The notes under the pieces were generated by a model, which had not been told where the DNA came from, searched no databases, and saw only the letters and a list, made by a program, of their open reading frames with translations. The translations under genes and the position numbers were made by a program. Below are positions 58,701 through 64,000 of a stretch of 64,000 nucleotides of DNA, one piece after another. Where the stretch lies: IMG/VR virus record IMGVR_UViG_3300043765_000163, positions 1,750-65,749 of that record; one strand, written 5' to 3'. Source of the stretch: a virus. Its lineage: Duplodnaviria > Caudoviricetes. Position 1 is the first letter of the stretch. Each line of letters opens with the position of its first letter.

Positions 58701-61700
58701 GTGCCGATGTACAATTAGCCGCTGAAGCTAATTATCGACGTGAACTTAGGCGGTACGCTAAACGGATGCGTGACGCTGGGCGCTCAGAAGATCTGCAACT
58801 GGTCGCTAAACGCGAGAACATTAAAGCCCGGATGTTAGCCGCTGAAGGCGCAGATAAAGTAGTTTTACGAAATGAATTAGCGACACTTGACCGTGAGATC
58901 GCAGAAAAAAATGCGCTTCGGATTACTAAAGACCAAGAGGGCAAAGAAATTCGTGAGCCTAGCATGTTACAGATCGCGCAATCACGTGAACGCGATTTTC
59001 TTGATTGGAAAGAAGCTAAAGAACGAGCAATAGGCGAGCAGGTACAGCTGGCTGAAGACCGTGGTGAAGGTGAAGAAGGTGGTCCTCGGCTTACTGCGCA
59101 ACAACAAATTGAACTAGCTGAAACGGGTCGAGTCCTTGGTGATGTAGCCGATGAAGAACATGAGGCGGGAACAGTTATTCATCCGGAAGCTGAAGAGACT
59201 GCTGGAACAATTGGCGGAATAGGCGCAGAACAGCATCAAGCTTTAGCCGAAGAATTTGTTAAAGGACTTCGTACCACCCGGGAAAAACAGGCAGCTTGGC
59301 ATGTAGCAGAACAATTAGCTGAACAAGAATTAAAAAAGCCGCCCCACATAAAAGAATTGCCAAGAACCTTTGGCGTAATGCCGGGGGAACGTGATAGATT
59401 ACTGAACCGGATAACAAATGAATATATTAGATTCATTGCAAGTAAGCAGCCCCGACCAGCCCGTGAAGGGGGAGCGCCGGGAGCAGCGACAAGAGCAGCA
59501 GCCGCCAGGGGAATTAGCGTTCCATCCAGCCATCCTACGGAAATTCCACCAAGCGGTGAACCCGGACACGCCCCCGCAGGTGAGCAAGGCGATACTACAG
59601 CTTCTATACAATCTTCCGCTCATGTCGGCGCTGACCAAGGCGCAGTGGCTCCGGGGGAACCTACCGGTGGCGGACGTCGTGAAACAGTTGCGGGGTTACC
59701 AGGACCCACAACTGAAAGCAAAAGCGGAACCCCTGGTACAGAAGCTCAACTTCTTCCAGCTCCCGGAAACGCCGACGAGCGAGCCGCCGGTAGCGGCGCC
59801 CCCGGCGCCGGAAGAGTCCGCCGAGATGCCGCTACCGGGGAGCGAATCATCGTCACGGCAGAAGGCGCCGAGCGCGGCAGCTACCGCGCCCCAAGAATAA
59901 CGCCGCAAGAAGAGCAGTTATTCAAGGCTACCATCAGGCGACAGATTCATCAGACTACTGATGCGATCTGGAATGAGTGGAAAACAACCGGCCATTCTTC
60001 GCGCGGTGAACACTTAGGGTTATTCAAAGAAGATTATCCAAACCGGATGGCGTTAGCCAACGGTATCCAGGACATTATTGCCGGCGTAGTTAAACAGGAA
60101 CCGACCCTAGAAGGACGGTTGCGCCTAGCTAACGATGCGCTGCGAGGAACGGTTCCCTTAAAGGGTGAGATGAGCGCCAGTCAATTACGGCGCGCGCGTG
60201 AAACCGCTAAGCAAACTACTCCGGTTACAACTGTCGAACAAGTTCGCCGGATCCTGAATCAAAGTTGGGACAAGTACGCCAATGTATTTGCTAAGATGGG
60301 GATTGATCGACGCCCGGCTCGTGGGCGCCCGGATCAAACTGATTCACTTGAACCGTGGCCGGACGGCACACTGCATTATATTCATTCACCGACTTGGTGG
60401 GATAAGTTACCGCAGCAAATTCAAGGGTTGACTGAAGGCCAGTTGCGTAACGCGGTTGAATCCATGATGGAAGAAGAATTGATTCATGCTGCGCACCTTG
60501 CTTGGTATCGAGATGAATGGGTACGTGCGCGTGGCGAAGGTTACCAAGGACATTTTAAAGAGTATATCGCGGATAAAGGCGATCAGTTAATCAACGGATT
60601 TGCTGAAGCTAGGGAAGCTGCTAAAGCCAAAGGTGACGATCAACGGGTACGCGAACTGGATAAGATGTTCGCTAGCTCGGTTAAAAGTTATTTCAGCGAT
60701 ATCCCGGGAGCTAGAGACGTTAACAGTTTCGATGATTATAACCGGTGGGTAAACAAGTTAGACACTGACGACGCTGACCGGGTTAGATTTGGCCTTCCGT
60801 ACGAGCTGGCCCGGCAAATGGTGCAACTGAACATTTTCGGTCGAACAACTGAACGCGAAGTCATGGGTTTGTTTGGACAGCTGCATGACTGGTTCATGCG
60901 GTCGTTAAATTATTTGCGCCAGCTGGGGTTGCGAACCCGGGAAGGTGATCTAGGTCAAGTATGGAAAGATACAATTACAACCTTGGAAAAACGGGTTAAC
61001 GATCTGCGGGATAAGATCGGATCCGGGCCACCGGAAACGGCTAAGGTTCAACTACATGAACAATCGCATGAGCTAGCCAGTAAACTAGGCGAACATTTCT
61101 TGGAGCACCCGGATGAAGCGGAAGCTTACGGGTTACGGTTCGATGACGCCACTCACGGGCCGGATAACGCTTCTAAGATCATGGCTAAAGTTACGCGGCT
61201 GCATGAGACGCCGGAACGCATTAATGAGTTTCTTAATTATGTCGCGCAACGTGAAGGCTTGATTGATCCGCCTAAACAGGAGGGGCAAGCGTTACACATG
61301 GGCCGAATGGGAAGTCTAGCGTCTGGAATCAGTGACTCGCATGTATTGGATGAAGGTGAAACTGATCGATTAGCCCGATATTTTCGGATGTCACCAGACC
61401 CAGAGATGCGCGAGTTTGCTAAGTCGTTGGTCCCGCATCGGGAACGACTTAAAGGCGTTAATATTCGGCAACTGAAGCACGAGGTACCGGCTGCGTTTTA
61501 TCATAATGGTGATCTATGGATAACCGAAGCCGCTTTGCAACATCCAAGTGGGCAGAAAGCGATTGCTAATGAGCTCCAACACGCTATTGCACAAGAGATT
61601 CTAGCTAGCCCTAATACCGGCACAGAACACGAAATCGGCGCGCACGCGCTGGCTATTACTGATGAGTTCAAGCGCAGTTTACCAGCTAATATACGAGATG

Positions 61701-64000
61701 CGGTCGATAACAAGTTCCCGGATATATTTAACCGATTGAACACTGATGGTTCAATTGATTGGGACCATGTTAATGACGAGGAACGGATATGGTTACCATT
61801 GATTCAAGCTGCCTCTGATCCATCTGAATTTGTTAAGAAGGCATTCGCAAGCGCCAACTTCAGGGATTACTTGCGATCGCTTAAAAGTGATCGCGGTGAT
61901 CCGCTCTGGGATAATGTCCATGACTGGGGCCGAACAGTGTTCGGCGATCAAGCGTTCAAGTTCGCTCCCGAGGCGCACGAGATAGCGTACAACCGGCCCG
62001 GGGTGGTGATGCGCGAGGATCCTAGGACAGTAAGAAGAGTACCGTTAGAATTTGAACTGGAAGATATCGCTGCATTTACAGCGCGACCACCGAAAATAAC
62101 TCCAACAGATCTTGGCATCGCTATACGCCAAGCTATTGGCCGAAGAGATAGAGGAGAAATTACTCGGGCAGAATATTATACCCGTTTGCGAGAACTGAAT
62201 AAGACTAGGCTTGGAGAAGAAAATATCCATCCGGGTGACATGGATTATTACGAAGCGCGTAATGCGTTAGACATGTATAAAGGTGGCCTGATTAACATTG
62301 ACGAGTTTCGTGATTGGGCAAGCCCCGGTGCTGAAGACAGAATTGAAGACATGTGGCTTAACAAAGTCATTACTGACGATGATTACATTAACCGGTTGGA
62401 ACGTCTTGAGAATGGAAAACTTGAACCGACTGATCTTGAAGCACCGGTAAGACCGCCTTCAGCTACGGCTCCAACTACTAAAGCTGAGATAGCAGAGATA
62501 CTGGAAAAAATTCATACCCGGCAAAGGATTAATAAGTATGACTTGGAGAAAGGGCCGATCGCTATCATGGACAAGATCGGCCAGCTTTCTTCCAGTACAA
62601 CTTATGCCGGGTTAGCTAAACATTATGCCGAAGTCTTACGAAAAAATCCTGGGATCAAGGTTACCTTGGATAAAGCAATCGGACATGGCGGATTTTATGC
62701 GCTGCATGATGACGAGATAGTTGTTAACGCCGCGTCATCAATGCCGGACAGTATGTTTGAGTATGTTCTCGTTCACGAGATGACCCATGCTATTACCTCC
62801 GGTAAAATTGCAGCTTATTTGACCGGTCGATTCGATTTACTTTCCCCGGGAGATAAAGCCGCTATTCAAAGCTTGGAAGCAATTCGACGGGCAGCGATAG
62901 CTCATCATACTATACCTGATGAAGTTCGAGCCTTAGCTAATTTGCCTAGTTATAATGCTCGCCGGGATGCTTATGTGAAAGCGAGCAAAGCAGATCCAAG
63001 TTTCAAAAGGTATTACGGATTAATCGATCTGCACGAGATGGCTAGTGAAGCGCTTACGAACGGCGCTTTCCAGAAAGTTTTAAATAAAGTGCCATATGAA
63101 ACCAAGAAAAGTTTACCCAATACAGCACTAGGTAAATTTTTCCATTGGTTAAGTAATTTCCTCGGGTTCAAGGAAGGGTACGGGATGGATGCCGCGCTTA
63201 AAAACATGGCTAAGCTGGCTGATGGCGAAGAACGGTTAATCCGCAGCAATTTTAAACTGGATGATACCACCGGAACTAAAACTGCTGTCATGCGCCGGCG
63301 CGAAATGGAAGCCGATTTTCTGGATACCAAAGCTAAGATGGAGGGATATGAAGGGTACTGGGATGTCCCTAAAGAAAAGCTGATCAATTGGATAGATGGT
63401 TATCGCGATCAACAAAGCTTTATTTATTCGCCGGACACAGATAAACCGCAAGTAATCGCGGCGCCGGTTCGACGCGCATTGGTTCATCCTAGCGACGAGC
63501 TCTCGCGCAAGAGTGAGCCCAGCGATATCCTAGATCATGTCGCCCGGGTAACCGGGATCGCGCATCATGATGCTAGGGGGCTAGCACGCGCTATTGACCA
63601 AGCGTTCTTTGATGGCGCGTTATCGCATCATCAATACTTAGCGGTGCAAGATGCCTTGAAAGAAATCGGATACGCTAATTTGAGCAAGTTCCAAATGACC
63701 GGGGATCCGAATGATCCTAATTCACCTCGGCGCCGGGTCTTAGCATGGTTTAAAAATTTTACCAAGGAAGGACAACTGCCTAAAGCGATTCATCAGTTGA
63801 TCCTTAAACATATTAATGACGAGGCTAATGCGCTTGGGTTTAAGCTAAGGAAGTATCAAGACAAACTTAATAGCCTGATCAAAAAACATCTGGGCGATGA
63901 TCCGTCCCATCTGCCGGCGCCTACTAACGAGTTAATGAATAAAGCGTTAGCGGGTGATTTCACCGTATCGTTACCGCCAGAAATCATTGCGCATCTGAGA
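55790..64000 (+). CDS. Giant internal virion / polyvalent protein (>2,737 aa, partial; absent from ORF track)
   Basis: Manual translation from ATG 55790 shows no stop through 64000; zincin-like motifs EELIH, NELQH and HEMTH. Confidence 0.9.
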   Translation, partial: MAEDTTATIAVPEPKPKPEPEAAPPKEALTEDLLSPLQKGIVDRVSGQIGIGPAQPAVKPAAAEEPPPGTVIPSWDQIKGSDTFKNASDDDRRGMLNNWYNLQQSNINQNAPSPEERDEAIKHLDQFMQHESVASLERYGALNFPMDIAHGAISGTARLAQEAVTTVAPGIAKPFRKLEKYTEKNVLAPDAAWEQEHPFFHTIADAIGNAAPFIAGTMAAEAITGGAATPVVGAATAARIGKVAAWATDATMQLVDTFQSTKQRALAKIDERRKNGETISAADGDRMANDDASMALNGVPFMTFSNMMISRIAGHGMDLNTAKGFWNQFNKNVLQPGIKEFAGQVGIGTGVNALNALADQYSGVDKTGITPDVLKQGAWMGVGYGVMGAAMRGGKFGMEWTGAQNAVNKLTDGASAIAEARMRRDPGLSTKDAHEQAVNLFPPKLRDGIRAKLAQREAAKTLTDSAISSDAAKSPQTSTELSKQAGEAEKESTVAPPTPPTPPTPTPGAEEAVRQYPEDIEQRIIKEMLANGHITQEQHDQLMGEVEADPGTTMGKLTDMVREHAPQALPQVEADLFDLRKHAHSTGPLFEGEKREPLSDEQEQQRQAEQDQKLLEEQAAKAQQVKPAPGTVDALHQDIQDAVTAGRITPSVGADIVQTLRTDPTKAAQQLSDAQGGKLVRAPTVSAETAPVTGAAPTPAVEAAPAEAAPAPPATEADQHAALKEKVTDYLGFDPSKTGLTNEEKGHRQDLADEFWAQINAANPSEGPIAAQLMHRLKLDPKRFMGQRGEHPTWAAHTEQQRRDMLGKFNQFLTDKTAAEGRLREKARPPTAISKEDFFRMADDNDARGLHDLIMGGQSLTIPADELEPGSAHDRFLSDNDFHVDLVGDNYVIGGMRDTPGAYELMQQKLTEAKIKRGRGRPAQQVYSPAQVQPEYSAKTDTMEKHPAEEALMTRDRQIAERIGAKHGAEGADVQLAAEANYRRELRRYAKRMRDAGRSEDLQLVAKRENIKARMLAAEGADKVVLRNELATLDREIAEKNALRITKDQEGKEIREPSMLQIAQSRERDFLDWKEAKERAIGEQVQLAEDRGEGEEGGPRLTAQQQIELAETGRVLGDVADEEHEAGTVIHPEAEETAGTIGGIGAEQHQALAEEFVKGLRTTREKQAAWHVAEQLAEQELKKPPHIKELPRTFGVMPGERDRLLNRITNEYIRFIASKQPRPAREGGAPGAATRAAAARGISVPSSHPTEIPPSGEPGHAPAGEQGDTTASIQSSAHVGADQGAVAPGEPTGGGRRETVAGLPGPTTESKSGTPGTEAQLLPAPGNADERAAGSGAPGAGRVRRDAATGERIIVTAEGAERGSYRAPRITPQEEQLFKATIRRQIHQTTDAIWNEWKTTGHSSRGEHLGLFKEDYPNRMALANGIQDIIAGVVKQEPTLEGRLRLANDALRGTVPLKGEMSASQLRRARETAKQTTPVTTVEQVRRILNQSWDKYANVFAKMGIDRRPARGRPDQTDSLEPWPDGTLHYIHSPTWWDKLPQQIQGLTEGQLRNAVESMMEEELIHAAHLAWYRDEWVRARGEGYQGHFKEYIADKGDQLINGFAEAREAAKAKGDDQRVRELDKMFASSVKSYFSDIPGARDVNSFDDYNRWVNKLDTDDADRVRFGLPYELARQMVQLNIFGRTTEREVMGLFGQLHDWFMRSLNYLRQLGLRTREGDLGQVWKDTITTLEKRVNDLRDKIGSGPPETAKVQLHEQSHELASKLGEHFLEHPDEAEAYGLRFDDATHGPDNASKIMAKVTRLHETPERINEFLNYVAQREGLIDPPKQEGQALHMGRMGSLASGISDSHVLDEGETDRLARYFRMSPDPEMREFAKSLVPHRERLKGVNIRQLKHEVPAAFYHNGDLWITEAALQHPSGQKAIANELQHAIAQEILASPNTGTEHEIGAHALAITDEFKRSLPANIRDAVDNKFPDIFNRLNTDGSIDWDHVNDEERIWLPLIQAASDPSEFVKKAFASANFRDYLRSLKSDRGDPLWDNVHDWGRTVFGDQAFKFAPEAHEIAYNRPGVVMREDPRTVRRVPLEFELEDIAAFTARPPKITPTDLGIAIRQAIGRRDRGEITRAEYYTRLRELNKTRLGEENIHPGDMDYYEARNALDMYKGGLINIDEFRDWASPGAEDRIEDMWLNKVITDDDYINRLERLENGKLEPTDLEAPVRPPSATAPTTKAEIAEILEKIHTRQRINKYDLEKGPIAIMDKIGQLSSSTTYAGLAKHYAEVLRKNPGIKVTLDKAIGHGGFYALHDDEIVVNAASSMPDSMFEYVLVHEMTHAITSGKIAAYLTGRFDLLSPGDKAAIQSLEAIRRAAIAHHTIPDEVRALANLPSYNARRDAYVKASKADPSFKRYYGLIDLHEMASEALTNGAFQKVLNKVPYETKKSLPNTALGKFFHWLSNFLGFKEGYGMDAALKNMAKLADGEERLIRSNFKLDDTTGTKTAVMRRREMEADFLDTKAKMEGYEGYWDVPKEKLINWIDGYRDQQSFIYSPDTDKPQVIAAPVRRALVHPSDELSRKSEPSDILDHVARVTGIAHHDARGLARAIDQAFFDGALSHHQYLAVQDALKEIGYANLSKFQMTGDPNDPNSPRRRVLAWFKNFTKEGQLPKAIHQLILKHINDEANALGFKLRKYQDKLNSLIKKHLGDDPSHLPAPTNELMNKALAGDFTVSLPPEIIAHLR
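57273..57299 (+). repeat. 9-bp tandem repeat (CACCGCCGA x3) encoding PPT
   Basis: Read directly from the sequence. Confidence 0.85.
59418..59900 (+). CDS. Candidate overprinted gene nested in the +1 frame of the giant ORF
   Basis: 160-aa ORF with amphipathic helices, located where the host frame is a low-complexity G/A/P/E linker. Confidence 0.55.
   Translation: MNILDSLQVSSPDQPVKGERREQRQEQQPPGELAFHPAILRKFHQAVNPDTPPQVSKAILQLLYNLPLMSALTKAQWLRGNLPVADVVKQLRGYQDPQLKAKAEPLVQKLNFFQLPETPTSEPPVAAPPAPEESAEMPLPGSESSSRQKAPSAAATAPQE

Noticed and set aside
1-64000. Stop-codon reassignment or tRNA genes
   Set aside because: Core genes are full length in the standard code, and no cloverleaf was recognised in intergenic DNA by eye; tRNAscan-SE was not run.

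Overview
The window is about 64 kb of a tailed dsDNA phage genome with podovirus-like gene content; both ends are cut inside ORFs. Layout: (1) 1-6.5 kb, a minus-strand cluster of small early genes punctuated by intrinsic terminators; (2) a lone terminase small subunit (6.6-7.15 kb), one solitary gene, and an ~890-bp hairpin-rich non-coding region with a perfect 28-bp inverted repeat (candidate origin or packaging region); (3) 8.7-24.8 kb, a minus-strand replication module (Prim-Pol primase/helicase, SF2 helicase, family A DNA polymerase, SSB-like protein, frameshifted Cas4-like nuclease, histone-fold-like protein, RuvC-like resolvase, Xis-like HTH), interrupted by a cassette of two collagen-like fibre genes and small basic peptides; (4) 24.8-64 kb, a plus-strand virion module (TerL, glycosyltransferase-like, portal, scaffold, an accessory cassette with a PEP-CTERM-like protein, major capsid, tail nozzle and adaptor, many fibres, sulfotransferase-like, ejection proteins, and a >2,700-aa open ORF missing from the ORF track). 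No integrase, reverse transcriptase, tRNA or CRISPR array was seen. Most notable observations: in both fibre cassettes a repeated ~85-aa module is split between two genes, suggesting a branched fibre held by strand complementation; a phage-borne PEP-CTERM-like surface protein; a histone-like ORF; a 160-aa gene nested in the giant ejection protein; an internally duplicated head-tail adaptor; and a GTA-type TIM barrel with both putative catalytic Glu replaced by Gly. All family assignments come from motif recognition by eye; no database search was run.
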